In this document: one piece after another, positions 38,776 to 51,019 of the stretch
Layout of the letters: every line of letters starts with the position of its first letter
How positions within the stretch are numbered: position 1 is the stretch's first letter
DNA from: Rebecca billardiae RCC1528
Lineage: Eukaryota; Protista; Haptophyta
DNA: 64,000 bases
Assembly (NCBI GenBank): GCA_965240325.2
Contig: OZ251242.1
Coordinates: 1,426,001-1,490,000, forward strand
Direction: 5' to 3'
Program-made: the position numbers and the translations under genes
Notes under the pieces: generated by a model
Told to the model about the DNA's origin: nothing
The model's input: the letters and a program-made list of their open reading frames with translations, nothing else
Database searches by the model: none

Positions 38776-39106
38776 GCCCGCCCGTGCAGCAGAGGTTCTG
38801 GGCCGCTGCGGTTTGTGTCAGCTGTGTGCTTAGGAGGAGTCTGATTCACTGTACCCGCACATGGGCGCGAACGAGTCAGGCGCCAACCGTAAACGCCATT
38901 CAGATTCGTCGTCCCCGGGAACTTGCCGGAACGGGCGCCTTAACGCCTATGAGACGGCGGGTACCGCTCTCCTCTCCAACAACGCGTCGTTGGGTTACTG
39001 CTACGAGCAAGCCGGGCGGGGGCGCACGAGGCTGATGAGGGGGCGCGACCACCCTTGGAGCCACCACGGCTGCGACCGCCCACCTGCCCGACTCGGGGGC
39101 GCGGGA

Positions 39107-41221
39107 ATGGCCGTGTGCGACGCCGCTGCGGACGAGCTGCCGCGGGCGGGCAGCCTCGAGTATGGCTTCTGGCGCTTCGCCGACCCGTCGGTCGAGCGCG
39201 CCTTTTGCGCGTGGCTCGGCGCGCGCGAGGCCGCGTGGGTACGACGCATCTCGCTGTGCTGCGCGCTGCTCGGGCTGTGCCTCGAGCTGATGGCGGGCGC
39301 GGGGCGGCACTACGCCGCGTACGTGCGCGCGGCGGGATCGGCGCGCGTGGAGTCGGTCGGCGCGTGGCCGGCGTACGCGCACGCCGCGCACCTGCTCGCC
39401 TGCGCCGTGCTCGTCGGCCGCGGCCGCGTGCGCCCGTGGGCGGAGCGGCTGCTCGTGGGCTGCGCGTGCGGCGCGACGCTGTGGGCGACCTTCATGGCGC
39501 TCGACGCGAAGCGCGACATGGCGCTGTCCGCGCTGCTGGACGAGGGCGGCTGCGCGCCCGGCTCGGCGTTCTGCCTCGCGCCCGAGTGGCGCGAGCCCGC
39601 GCTCGGCTCGGCGGGCGGGGAGGGCGGGGAGGGCGCGCTCCGCCCACTCGTGCGCGAGCTGCTGGAGCGCGCCGCGTTCGGGCGGCTCACGCTGGCGCAC
39701 GCGCTGCTCGTGGGCGCGCACTGCATGTACGCGGCGCCGGGTGTGCAGGCGCTGAGCGGCATGGTGGGCCTGGCGTTCAGCCTGACCGTGCAGCTGCTGG
39801 CGCACGGCTCGCTGCCGTGCAGCGCCGTGGGCGTCGCCATCCTCATCAAGGTGGCGGCCGCGCAGGCGTTTGCGCGCTGCGCGCGCGCGCTCCGGCTGCA
39901 GCCGCAGCGCGAGCTCTTCGCGACGCTCGCGGCGCTGCGCCGCGCGGAGGCGGAGGCGGGCTGGTGCGCGGAGGCGGGCTGGTCCTGGTCCGCGCTGCTC
40001 GAGCGCGGCGGCTGCGCGGCCGACGGCGCGCGCCGTGCCGCCGTGTGCGCGAGCACGCCCTCAGCCGGCTCGTCCTCGTGCGGCGCCCTCTCCAACCTCT
40101 CCGCGAGCTCAGAGGGGCCGGCCTCGCCGCACCAGCCGCACGCGCGGCTGCAGCTGCGGAGCGCGGCGGCCGCGGCCAAGCCGCGCTCGCTCTCGCCGCC
40201 CGCGCACACGCCGCTCGTGTCGCCGCCCGCCTCGCCGCGCGGCGCGCAGACGCCGGCGCTGCCCACGGCGCGCGCACAGCCGTGCGGCGCGTGCGCGGAG
40301 TGCGCGCTGCCCGCAGACGCGCTCCTCGCCGCCGCGTACGCTGCGGGCGCGCGCTCGGGCGCACCGCCGCCCAACGCCAACGCGCCGCAGCTGGCCGCGC
40401 ACGCGGCCGCCGGCTGCGCCGCCGCGCTGCCGCCCACGGCGGAGGGCGAGATCGGCGCGCTGGTGGACGAGCTGCTGCGGCAGGACGCGGCGTGGGCGGA
40501 GGAGATGGCCGCCGCCATCGCCGACGGCGCGGTGGACGCGGCGGTGGGCGAGGCCACGGCGGGCGCGGTCGCGCGCGCGCTCGCAGACGCGGGCTGGGCC
40601 GAGGAGGCGGAGGGGGGCGACGACGCGGCGGCGGCGCCGAGTGCGCGCCCGGGCTGGTGCGCGGCCGCGGGCACGCCCACGCCGCCGCCCGCGTGCGCGT
40701 CGTCCTCCTCCTCGCGCGACGACGGCGCCACCACCGCCGCCGTCTCCGTCTCGGGCGGCGGCACGCCCGACACGCGCAGCGCGGACGCGCCGGGCGGCGC
40801 GCCGCCCGCCGTGTGCCGCGCGCCGCTGCCGCCGCCCGCCGCCGCGGTGCGCGCCGCGCCGCTCGGCGCGCCGCCGCCGCCGATGCCGCTGGCGCCGCGC
40901 CTGGCCGACCGCTCGGTCATCCGCGTCGAGGCGGCGCCGGCGCGGCGCACCATCGCGACGGTGGGCTCGGCGCGCGTCGTGCGCGAGGCGCGCGCCGCGC
41001 CCGGCGGCGCGGCGGCCACGGCGGGCGCGGGCGTGGCCAAGAGGTCGCAGCAGCAGCAGCCGCCGCCGCGGCCGCACGCGGCCGCGGGCGCCGCCAAGGC
41101 GGCGGCGCGCAAGGGGCGGTGCGAGCTGTGCGGTGCGCCCAAGCGCGGCTTCGGCGCGGGGTACTGCGCGAGCAAGGAGTGCCGCGCCACCTCGACGATC
41201 GTCGTGTACCACGCGCGCTGA
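39107..41221 (+). CDS. Multi-pass membrane hypothetical protein with a C-terminal Cys4 motif
   Basis: FWRFADPSVERAF followed by several hydrophobic segments; low-complexity middle; terminal CELC...YCASKEC. Confidence 0.6.
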   Translation: MAVCDAAADELPRAGSLEYGFWRFADPSVERAFCAWLGAREAAWVRRISLCCALLGLCLELMAGAGRHYAAYVRAAGSARVESVGAWPAYAHAAHLLACAVLVGRGRVRPWAERLLVGCACGATLWATFMALDAKRDMALSALLDEGGCAPGSAFCLAPEWREPALGSAGGEGGEGALRPLVRELLERAAFGRLTLAHALLVGAHCMYAAPGVQALSGMVGLAFSLTVQLLAHGSLPCSAVGVAILIKVAAAQAFARCARALRLQPQRELFATLAALRRAEAEAGWCAEAGWSWSALLERGGCAADGARRAAVCASTPSAGSSSCGALSNLSASSEGPASPHQPHARLQLRSAAAAAKPRSLSPPAHTPLVSPPASPRGAQTPALPTARAQPCGACAECALPADALLAAAYAAGARSGAPPPNANAPQLAAHAAAGCAAALPPTAEGEIGALVDELLRQDAAWAEEMAAAIADGAVDAAVGEATAGAVARALADAGWAEEAEGGDDAAAAPSARPGWCAAAGTPTPPPACASSSSSRDDGATTAAVSVSGGGTPDTRSADAPGGAPPAVCRAPLPPPAAAVRAAPLGAPPPPMPLAPRLADRSVIRVEAAPARRTIATVGSARVVREARAAPGGAAATAGAGVAKRSQQQQPPPRPHAAAGAAKAAARKGRCELCGAPKRGFGAGYCASKECRATSTIVVYHAR

Positions 41222-42377
41222 CGACCGTGGCGCCCAGCAAACTCACGTATTCACTCAGCAGCAGCAGCCGCGAGCGGCGCGGGCTCCGCCTATGTGTAGT
41301 ATCGTATATACAAGGGCGTTCCCGGGATCCTGCCACACGCTCCGAACGGCATGCCCCCCGCCCTGGGGGGGGGGCATCGGCGCGGCCCGGTACTCCGCGG
41401 ACCGTGGCGCGGGCCGTAATTAATATATCATCAGCAAATAATAATATAATGTACCGCCCGCTTGAAATAGATCAGCAGAGAAAGCCAATAATTATTTCAA
41501 TAGGAACGCGGTAGGTTCGATTTGGCGTATGACCAGTGCGGGGAACGCCCCTGCTGTGGCGCCGCAGCGACGAGTCGTAGTCACTGGCACTGCATGCGCT
41601 ACTCGTCGTATCGGATATGCATGTAGTCAATATGAGTGACAGCAGCATCAGTAGCAGGCGGACCGCCGCCGTGTAAGAGGCCAGTCAGACTATACCGTCG
41701 GGGCGCCGGGCCCGGGGCGCCGCTGCGCCGCGGCGGTATACTCATCAGTACCGGCCGGCACGGCATCAGTTATTATTATGACGGCGGTCACGGTTGATTA
41801 CCTGCGGACCCGTAGTATGGCGACCGGTGCCGTGTCGCGTCTTGATATACTCTCTCTGCTCTCTCTCGTCTGTCTCTCGTTCGTCCGTCTCTCGAGTCTC
41901 TCTCAGTCTCACGCTCTCGCGGGCTCTCTCTCTTTGGCGCAGATAGTCGCGTACTATATAGTATATACGTACGTACATCAGCACAATTCTGCGGCAGCAC
42001 GCCATCCGTGACGACGCACCGCGGCACGGCCCCGGGCCGGCAGCTAGTACTTAGTTAGTGGTCGCCGGTACGTCCCTCGGGACCCCGGCGGAATGCCGAC
42101 CGATGGCACGGCGGGTACTATCTACCGCGGTACATTAGTCGCACCGGCACCGTACTACTCGTCCGCGCCGCCGTACTCGGTTCATCCGACTCTACTACTC
42201 GCGGACTGGCGGCCGGCGCGCCCTGCGTGCGCGGCGCCGGCTCGGCGCCGGCTCAGCCGGGCTGCCTGCCACGGGCCCGCAGGGCCGGCGGCGGGCGCAG
42301 TCAGTGGCCTCCGGCCGTGGCCGGAGTCCGATCCGAGCAGTCGTCGCGTAGCCGTAGATCGGGCGTAACGTCTAACG

Positions 42378-42502
<125 letters not shown>

Positions 42503-42932
42503 AAATATATATTAATCAGCATCATCACTAATGACGAGCTACAATTAATAACTACGCGACGACGATACGTATACCGCGGTAGTGTAGCAGCTACGTACGT
42601 GGACGAGGATGTATATTCATTGTATGGGCCCACGCGCCGCGCATATCAGAGCGGGCGCGCACTGTCGTCGTCGTCATCGTTTTTTGGCGCGCGCCGCGCG
42701 CACGCGGTCGTGCGCGCCGTGACGGTTTATTGGCGGACGACTGCTCGTCGGGCGGTCCCGCCACGTTCCGGTTGCCTGCCTGCAGCCCATGGTCCGCGCA
42801 TGTTCGCGACGTGATGAGGGCGCGCTCAGCATCCCGACAAAGATCGCGGCCGTGCTGTGCTGCGGCGCAGCCCGGCCGGGCCGACTCGGCGGCGGCGCGG
42901 CCGGCGGACGCGGCTGGAGCGCGCACGCTTGC

Positions 42933-44670
42933 TTACGCGCGCCGCCCGCCGCTGCGCGCCGCCGCGGCCGACGAGCCGGCGGGCGCCTCGCCGTCGCCGT
43001 CCTCGTCCTCGTCGGCGCTGAGCGTCGGGCTGCCGCGCCGCGCGGACGGGTGCGCCTCGTCGACGATGGCGCCCTCGCGCACGAGCTCGCGCAGCAGCGC
43101 GTCCGCCGCCGCCGCCGCCTCCGCCGCGTCCGCCGCCGCGTCGGCGTCCGCGCCCGCGTCCGCGCGCGCGCGCGGCTTCCGCCGCTGCCGCCGCTCGGCG
43201 GCGGCGGCGGCGTCGCGCGCGACGAAGAAGGCGGTGCGCCGCGCGTGCGCGTCCGCGGCGACGCCCTCCGCCGCCATCTGCCCGAGCAGCGCGGTCGCGT
43301 CCTTCCACGCGCGCTCGTGCCTGCACGCGGCGATGGCCATCGTGTACTCGCGCACGCCGGGGGCGCACGCGCGCCCGGCCGCGCGCATCTCGCGCAGCAG
43401 GGCGAGCGCGCGCGCGCGCTGCCCGCCGCGCGCGCACGCGGAGAGCGCGGCGGCGTAGGTGGCGCGGTTGCGCTCGTCCGGTGGCACGCCGTCGAACGTC
43501 TCGAGCGCGGCGCGCCACCGCCCCGCGCGCGCGGCCGCGGTGATGAGCGCGGTCGTGCACACGATGTCGGGGCGGAGGCGCGCCTCGCGCATCTGGCCCC
43601 ACAGCGAGAGCGCAGACGGCGCGTCGGACGTGCGGCCGCACGCGGTGATGGCGGCGGCGTACGTGTGCCGGTCGGGCTCGATGCCGCGCTCGCGCATCTC
43701 GCGCAGCAGCGCGAGCGCCATCTCCGACGAGCCCGCCCACTCGGACGCGGCGATGGCTGCGTTGTACGTGACACGCGTCGGGCGGAGGCCGAGGCGCGCG
43801 CGCATGGCGCGCAGCAGCGCGAGCGCACCCTCCGCGTCGCGCAGGGTGCGGTGCGCGCACAGCGCGGCGTTGCACGCGCCGACGGTGGGCGCGACGCCGA
43901 GCTCGGGCATCGCGTCGAAGAGCGCGAGCGCCTTGCGCGCCTCGCCCGCCCTGTCCAGCGCGACGAGCAGCGAGGTGAGCGTGTGCGCAGACGGCCGCAC
44001 GTCGGAGTCCTCCATCCCGCCCAGCAGAGACAGGCACGCGCCCAGGTCGCCCGCGCGCGCGGACGCGGCGATGGTGGCGGACCACGCGTGCACGTCGGGC
44101 TCGACGCCGGCGGCGCGCATGCGCGAGAGCAGCGAGACCGCCTCGTCCAGCCGCGCCGCGCGCGCGCACACCAGCGTCGCCTGGTTGAACGCGTGCGCCG
44201 ACGGCCGCAGCCGCTCGGCGGCCATCATGTCCAGCAGCGCTAACCCGTGCTGCCACGCGTGCGAGGGCGAGGCGGCGAGCGCGCGCACGGCGCCCACGGC
44301 GTCGGGCTCCGGCGCGGCGTCGGCGTCGGCCCCCGCGGCGGCGTCCGCATCGCCCGGCGCGGCCGCGCCCGCGCCGCCGCCCGCCCCCTCCGCGCCCGCG
44401 GCCGCCACCTGCGTGACGGAGCCGGCGGCGAGCGCGTCGAGCGCCGCGCCGTAGCACACGCTGTTGGGCGGAGCGGCGGCGGGCGCGCGCCCGCCGCCGC
44501 CGTCGGCCGGGCGGCGGCGGCGCGCGCCGCTCGCGCGCTGGCGCATGCGCACGAGCACGCCCATCGCCAGCCGCCAGTCCGCCGCCTTGGCGCACGCGCG
44601 CAGCACGTTGGCGTACGTGGACGCGCGCAGGGCCACGCGCCACGCGTCGCTCGCGCGGCCGCGCGGCCGC

Positions 44671-44711
<41 letters not shown>

Positions 44712-45614
44712 CTCGGCGTGCGCGCCCGCGGGCTTGGCGGTGGCCTCCTCGTCGGCGCGGCGCTCCATCTCGAGGAGCAGCTCCACCGCGCGCGCCGCCT
44801 CGCCCAGCTGCGCGCACGCCGCGATCGCGACGTTGGCCGTGACGGCGTTGGTCGCGCCGCCCACCTCCGCGGCCGCGCCGCCCTCCGCCGCCTCCTGCGC
44901 GCGGATCGCGTCGTACAGCGCGAGCGCCTTCTCGGGCTGGCCGCCGCGCTCGAGCGCGGTGATCGCGGCGGTGAGCGTGTACACGTTCGGCTCGACCTCC
45001 GCCTCCTCCATCGCGCCGAGCAGCCCGAGCGCCAGCCCCCAGTCGCCGCGCTTGGCGGTGGAGGCGATCGCGGAGGTCCACGAGACGACGTCGGGCGCGT
45101 GCCCCGCGCCCACCATCGCGGAGAGGAGGTCGACGGCGGTGTCGTAGTCGCCCGACGAGGCGCACGCCGAGAGGGCCGAGTTGTACGAGCGCACGTCCGC
45201 CGGCACGCCCGCCTCCGCCATCAGCCGCAGCACGCCGAGCGCGCGCGCGCGCGGCGCGGCGCGCGGCGCGGCCGCGAGCACGCCGTCAAACTCGCGCACC
45301 GGCGGCGCGCGCCCGTCGGGGCAGGCGGCGGCGTACTCGGCCCAAGGGCGGAGCGTGCCGCCGTCCGCGTCGGCGCGCACGCGCGCGAGTAGCGCCGCGT
45401 GCTCGCCGCCCGGCGCCGCCGGCGCCGCGGGCGCCGCGTCCGCGTCCGCGCCCGCGCCCGCGGGCGCGCGCCGCGGCCCGCGCGCCGCGGCCGCGCGCGC
45501 GCGGCGCGGGGCCGGCCGGCCGCCACGCCGCGGCGGCGCGCCCATCGCGGACGCGCGCGTCGCCGCGCCGAGCACGGCGAGGAGCAGCAGCGCCGCCGCG
45601 CCGAGGCGTGGCAT
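42933..45614 (-). CDS. Pentatricopeptide repeat (PPR) protein, probably plastid-targeted
   Basis: Many 35-aa repeats (DVRSYNSALSAC, PDVVSWTSAI, PNVYTLTAAI, PDIVCTTALI); N-terminal signal peptide plus Arg-rich transit-like region. Confidence 0.93.
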
Positions 45615-45781
45615 CGCGTGCGTCGCGCGCGGGGGTGCTGGCGATCGGGAGAGCGCCGGGACGCCGCCGCCGTCGTCGCCACACGAAGGTTCTCGAGGTT
45701 CGTCATCGGCTTATTATCGCGCTCGTTTTCACGTTTTCAGATCCGGAACATGCGGGGCACGATGGCGGCGCACGCGCTCGC

Positions 45782-46675
45782 TCAGCCGTCCGCGCCAAAG
45801 TAGTTGAAGGAGAGGGAGACGCGCACGCTGTCCGCGTCCTCGGCGAGCTCGGCGCGCGTGGCTTCTGCGGCCGCGCGCCGCCTCGCCGCCTCCGCCGCCG
45901 CCGCCGCCTCCGCCTCCGCCGCACGCGGCGGCGGCGCGTCGAGCGCCGCCTCGGCGCCGCCGAACAGCGGCAGCACGGCGTGCTGCAGCGCGCCGGGGAA
46001 GAGCACGCAGCCGCCCGACGTGGCGGGCACGAGCGCGTACGCGCACGCGCCGCCGCGCCCGGCCGCCGGCTCGCACGCCACGAACGCGCCCGACCACGGC
46101 CGCGCGCGCGGCGCGCGCGGCGCGTGCACGTGGAGAGCGCCCGAGAGCGCCGCGCCCGCGTGGTCGTGCAGCCGCAGAAAGTCGCCGTGGCGCAGCACGT
46201 TGAGCCACGCCTCGGGCTCGCGCGCCGCCGCGCCGCCGCCCACCGCGCGCGAGAAGCCGCACGCGCGCGCGCCCGCCTCGATGGCGCTGCGCGCCTCGCG
46301 CACCGCGCGCGCGGCCGCGCGCTCGTCCTCGTCGGCGCCCGCGGCGGCGCCGACGCGCTCGGCCGCGGCGAAGAGGTCCTTGCCGCGGTAGAAGCCGCAG
46401 AACGAGGCGCCCGCCGCGCGGCCCACGCGCTCGCGCGCCCCGTCGTCCTCGTCGGCCGCGCCGGGCCGCTCGCTCGCGTCCGCCTCCTGGTCCGCCTCCT
46501 GCGCGCGCAGCTCCTGCGCGAGCGCGAGGCGCACGAGCGCGCGCGCGGCGCCGGGCGAGAGCGGCGGCGGCGACGCGACTACCAGCCCGCCCAGCTCGGC
46601 ACGCGCCTCGAACGCCGCGTGCGCCGGTCCGAGGAGCGCGCGCAGGACGGCCTCGTCGACGGCGGGCGCCGCCAT
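45782..46675 (-). CDS. 2OG-Fe(II) oxygenase (TIGR02466/2OG-FeII_Oxy_5-like)
   Basis: AWLNVLRHGDFLRLHDH...LSGALHV, VLFPGALQHAVLP, RVSLSFN. Confidence 0.85.
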   Translation of the reverse strand: MAAPAVDEAVLRALLGPAHAAFEARAELGGLVVASPPPLSPGAARALVRLALAQELRAQEADQEADASERPGAADEDDGARERVGRAAGASFCGFYRGKDLFAAAERVGAAAGADEDERAAARAVREARSAIEAGARACGFSRAVGGGAAAREPEAWLNVLRHGDFLRLHDHAGAALSGALHVHAPRAPRARPWSGAFVACEPAAGRGGACAYALVPATSGGCVLFPGALQHAVLPLFGGAEAALDAPPPRAAEAEAAAAAEAARRRAAAEATRAELAEDADSVRVSLSFNYFGADG

Positions 46676-46852
46676 CCTGCGCCCGCCCGTGAGAACCGGG
46701 CTGTGCGTGATGTATGTATCTAGCTGTGCGTGATGTCAGTAGGGCTGCGCGGGTAATAAAAGCGGGTTTCGAAAACAAGCTGCTGATGATGCAGTGGCGC
46801 GGGCATGGGCCTTCGCCTGAGCGACTCTTGGCTTTGACGCGCGAGAGGCTCG

Positions 46853-47794
46853 ATGCGCGCGGGCGCGGCCCCGCCCGCCGGGGCGGCCGCGTCGAGCGTG
46901 GCGGTGGTGCAGCCGCGCGACGGCTCGTCGCCCCCTCTGCTCGTCCTCTTCCGCGGCATCGTGCGCGAGGACGTGCCCGAGCTCGACGCGATGCAGCGCC
47001 GGCTCTTCCCCGTGCGGTACAGCGAGGCCTTCTACAGCCGCCTCTTCGAGCCGGGGCACTACACGGTGCTCGCCACGGCGCAGACGGGCGAGATCATCGG
47101 GATCGCGTCGGCGCGCACGGTCGCGGACGACGGCGCGCCCCCGCCCGGCCGCTCCGACTGCGCGCCCGCGCTCGACGGCGGGCGCGAGGGGTACGTGATG
47201 ACGCTGGGCGTGGACGCGCCGTACCGCAGGCACGGCGTCGGCGCCGAGCTGCTGCGCCGGATCCTCGCGGCGCTGCGCGCGGCGTCGTGCGTGACCGCCG
47301 CGCTCCACGTCAAGGTGGAGAACGCCGCCGCGTGCGCCTTCTACGAGCGCCTCGGCTTCCGCCCCGACCCGGTGCTCGGGTACTGCGCCGACCACTACCT
47401 GATCGACGGCGCGTACTACGACGCGTACCGGCTGGTGTGCCCGCTGCAGAGCTCGTGGATGGGCTGGCTCGCGAGCAAGCTGGGGCTCGCGACCGACCCG
47501 CTCGCGCCGAGCACGCCCGCCGCCGCCGCCGTGCCGCGCCCGCTCGACGCGCGCGGCGGTGGCGCGCCGCCCGGCGCCGGCCTCTCGGTCGTCGCGCCGT
47601 CGGCGATGCCGATCGCGCACGCGCGCTCCGCGCACTCGCCCACGCAGACGCACCACGGGCACGGCGGCGCGCTGCCGCCGCGCTGCGCGCACGTCGTCGG
47701 CCACCCGATCTCGCCGCCGGCGCACCCGCGGCACGCGGGCGCGGCGCGCGCCGACGGCGGCGCGCTGCACCGCCCCTCGCCCGCCGGCAGATGA
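46853..47794 (+). CDS. GNAT N-terminal acetyltransferase, NAA60/NAA50-like
   Basis: LFPVRYSEAFY, YVMTLGVDAPYRRHGVG, LHVKVENAAACAFYERLGF, DHYLIDG..YDAY. Confidence 0.85.
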   Translation: MRAGAAPPAGAAASSVAVVQPRDGSSPPLLVLFRGIVREDVPELDAMQRRLFPVRYSEAFYSRLFEPGHYTVLATAQTGEIIGIASARTVADDGAPPPGRSDCAPALDGGREGYVMTLGVDAPYRRHGVGAELLRRILAALRAASCVTAALHVKVENAAACAFYERLGFRPDPVLGYCADHYLIDGAYYDAYRLVCPLQSSWMGWLASKLGLATDPLAPSTPAAAAVPRPLDARGGGAPPGAGLSVVAPSAMPIAHARSAHSPTQTHHGHGGALPPRCAHVVGHPISPPAHPRHAGAARADGGALHRPSPAGR

Positions 47795-48191
47795 GCCCCG
47801 GGCGGGCGCGCCACGACGACCCCGCCGCCGCCGCCGACTGCTCGGATGATGGCGAGCGCGATGAATATCGGCATCGCGCGCGCTCCGATTCGCGCGCGGT
47901 TGTTTGTCGGCCGCCGCGACTCTGACATGCATCATAGCATCATCAGTACCATGACGACGCTTATCGCCGTCATTCTCCGGCGCCATTGGCGCACTATACT
48001 GAGACTAGACTATACAGCTGGCCTCATAAATCTCATCAGACCGCCCGGGGGCGGGAGTGACTATATAGTATATATATATTATTACTGAGTCGTACTACTT
48101 ATTTATTATTATATTACTAATTTAGATTATTTATTATTAGGGCGGCCCTAATATAGTTACTACAATAAATAAATAGCGGCGCGATGCTGAC

Positions 48192-49833
48192 GTAGCGGTA
48201 ACTATATGACCGCGTTCAGCGGTCCCGCGTTTTCCGTCTCAGAACGAACGTAGTTCGGGGCCCGCGGTGGCGGTGCACCCTCCGTCGCAGTCGTCTATTG
48301 ACAGACCAGTTGCATGCCCGTACAACTAGACTCCAGCGGCGCGCCGCTGCGCCCCGGTGCCGGCGCCGGGCGCGGGCCCGCATCGCAGCCGCCGGCGCCG
48401 GCGCCCGGATTGTGTACAGGCGGATGCGACGAGGCGTGATCGACGCATGAGCGCGACTCCACGTGCACGCCAGGCCACGTGGAGCTGACAGCCAGGGAAC
48501 ACGGTGCGGGGCCGCGGATTCGTTCGGGCCGCTGCTGCTGACCGCGCTGTCTGTCGCCCACCGCGCGCCGCCGGGCAGCGCCAGGCCAGTAGATGATTTG
48601 CACTGGTCCGAGCAGTAGGGTTCGACCAGCGCCTGCGCGACGGCCGACAGGCGGGCGCGAGGCGTGATCGACGCATGAGCGCAACTCTATCTACGTGCAC
48701 GCCAGGCCACGCGGAGCAGACAGCCAGAGGGAGCACTGTGTGTGCCGAGGTGCGAGGGCACCGGTGATTGTTATTCACTCCGCACGCCGCGGTTGCACTG
48801 CACGGGGTCACGGGGTGACACACCTCGGTCAGGCTCGGCACGCGTCGCAGAGGCACGGCCAGCTCTGGGGACGTCGCGCACCACCGTCGTCCGCGCCGCA
48901 GCTCGTCCTCCTAGGTCCGCCCGTCCAGCGCTGCAGACAGACTTGCCGGCGCGGGCCGAGAGTGCCGGCACGGAACAGATCGATGGATTCGGGTTGGCGC
49001 GCCTGCTCTGAAGAAGAGTTCTGGGAGACCCTGGCGGAGAGGCATGACAAGGGGGGCGTGTGGTGAAGTCGGAGACTCAGAGATCGATCAGTCCGGCATC
49101 AGTCAGGCGCCGCTGCCCCCGAGCTTGCGAGAGCCCGAACAAAGGGCGGCGGCTGCGCTGACGCGCGGCCCCGGCCGCGCAGGCATCGACATAGGGCGGC
49201 AGGGGCGCGCGGAGTGACTAGTGAGCGGGGCACGAACACGATGTCGACGGCCGTCGGGACCCGCCGCAGACGCGCGCTCCAGGCGCCACTGGCCGCGCGC
49301 ACCTGCCCATCGCCCGCCCTTGCTTGGAGGCGAGAGTCGCGCGGCGCCCTCGCCACCTCCGAAACCCTGCTGCCTTGCGACGCCGGCAAGTTTTGACTTT
49401 GAGGCTCGCCAGCTCGGTGCATCGATCAGTGACTATATGAAATGGGCTGGCGACGTAAATAGCTGCGGGTATTTTTCAATGTCTCGCAGTATTGGAGTTG
49501 GTGAGAGTCGTTCTTGCGGCGGCGAGGCCCATATTTATTTACTATAGTCACACATGAACGACTGAGTCCACCCGTAATTACTCACCCTGGCACACTTGGG
49601 CGTGGGTTTCGTTGATTCCTCTGTTCACTATTCAAGACGGCGGACGCGCCCTTTTTCGACGAGGATGCACTACCTGTAAGGGAGTCTCAAAATTCGAAAC
49701 TCGGTCTCCTCCAGCCCTGAAAATCGTCCCCCGTCCCTTTTTTCTTTGCTGATCAAAGATCTTTTTGAAACGTGGTTCGGGCCCGCTGGTGCGGGCTCCA
49801 CGCTGCGCGCTCCGCCCCGTGCACCGCGGGCCA
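48192..49833 (-). mobile_element. Non-autonomous Helentron/DINE-1-like element, copy 2 (inverted relative to copy 1)
   Basis: The reverse complement matches 10749-12378 end to end, e.g. ccacgtttcaaaaagatctttgatca, gactgatcgatctctgagtctccgacttcaccacacg and cctctccgccagggtctcccagaactcttcttcagagcagg. It has the same subTIRs (49822-49832, 48259-48269) and a 3' hairpin (48208-48224). Confidence 0.75.
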
Positions 49834-49952
49834 ATATATATATGCATGCGTGTAGTATATATATCAGCGCCGCGCCGCGCGGCCCAGCGCCCTATTCGTC
49901 ATCAGCCAGCAGTCTCAAGTTCGACACGACGATACTTTTGTGTCGTTGCTCT

Positions 49953-50771
49953 CTAGCGGCGCCGCCTCTTGCCCTGACTGCCCTTGGTGTCCGCGTCGCA
50001 GCTCGCCGCGAGCTCGGCCTCGGCGAGCGCGAGCGCGCGCTTGCTCTCGCTGAGCATGAACCCGGAGAAGTCCTGCTCGCTGAGCGAGCCCGGCCGCGCG
50101 CTCTGCGCCATCCGGAAGTGCTGCGCCGCCTTGTCGTACTCGCCTCGCTTGTACGCGACCACGGCGACGTAGTAGGCGTTGCGCTGCGAGCGCGCCACGC
50201 CCAGCGCCTTCTCGAGCTGCTTCGCCGCCTCGTCGAGGTTGCCGTACGGCCAGGGCGCGACGGCGTAGAAGCAGCCGAGCAGCGCGTACCCCACGCCCGA
50301 GTCGTACTTGCGGTCGAGCTTGATCAGCCGCTCGGCGTTCGCCTTGAAGACCTTGGCGGCGCCGGCGAGCGCCTGCTTGATGATGCCCTTGGCGCTGCAC
50401 GAGAACATGTACGCGTCCGCGTACACCGCGGCGGCGCGCACGTCGTTGGGGCGCGCCTTCTGCACGCTCGTGGCGAGCTCGAGCGCGCGAGGCCCCATCC
50501 GCCCCCAGATCGCCTTGTGCTCCGGCGTGTCGAGCAGCTTGTCGATCACGATCGTGTTGGCGTGCGTCTTCACGCGCATCACGCCGTTCATCGCGTCCGC
50601 GAGCTTGAGCTTGAGCTCGACGTTGTCGGGCTCGTGCTCGAGGGCCTCGTTGTACAGCTTCATCGCCTGCTCCAGGTGGCTCAGGTCGCGGCGCAGCATC
50701 AGCGCGTCCGCGCGCAGCGTCGCGCCGGCGGCGGCCGCGAGCACGGCGGCGGCGGCCGCGAGCAGCATCAT
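49953..50771 (-). CDS. Secreted TPR-repeat protein (TatT/RMDN-like helical repeats)
   Basis: Signal peptide; TPR-like AMKLYNEALEHEPDNVEL, GYALLGCFYAVAPWPYGNLDEAAKQLEKAL, AYYVAVVAYKRGEYDKAAQHF. Confidence 0.75.
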   Translation of the reverse strand: MMLLAAAAAVLAAAAGATLRADALMLRRDLSHLEQAMKLYNEALEHEPDNVELKLKLADAMNGVMRVKTHANTIVIDKLLDTPEHKAIWGRMGPRALELATSVQKARPNDVRAAAVYADAYMFSCSAKGIIKQALAGAAKVFKANAERLIKLDRKYDSGVGYALLGCFYAVAPWPYGNLDEAAKQLEKALGVARSQRNAYYVAVVAYKRGEYDKAAQHFRMAQSARPGSLSEQDFSGFMLSESKRALALAEAELAASCDADTKGSQGKRRRR

Positions 50772-51019
50772 CGTGTTAATGACGACCGGGCGGGCGCGCG
50801 TGCCAATTGAGACACGTACGGTACGGCGAAAACGATGCCGGCTCGCACGATGGCGCCGCCGACGAACCCGCCGAATGGCTGGACGGCCCGTGCTGCCAAG
50901 CCCGGGGAGGGCGCCACTACACGTGTCGGTCAGGCTTCAGTCGTCAGAGGGGAAGCGGAGCAGGCCGCAGTCTGAGTCGTCCGCGTCCCTGTGACGACCG
51001 TGTGTGTGATGAGCCATCG

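Noticed and set aside
41311-41553. Possible hAT-type MITE (CAAGGGCGTTCCC ... GGGAACGCCCCTG)
   Set aside because: Only a 13-bp imperfect inverted repeat, no target-site duplication and no second copy in the window
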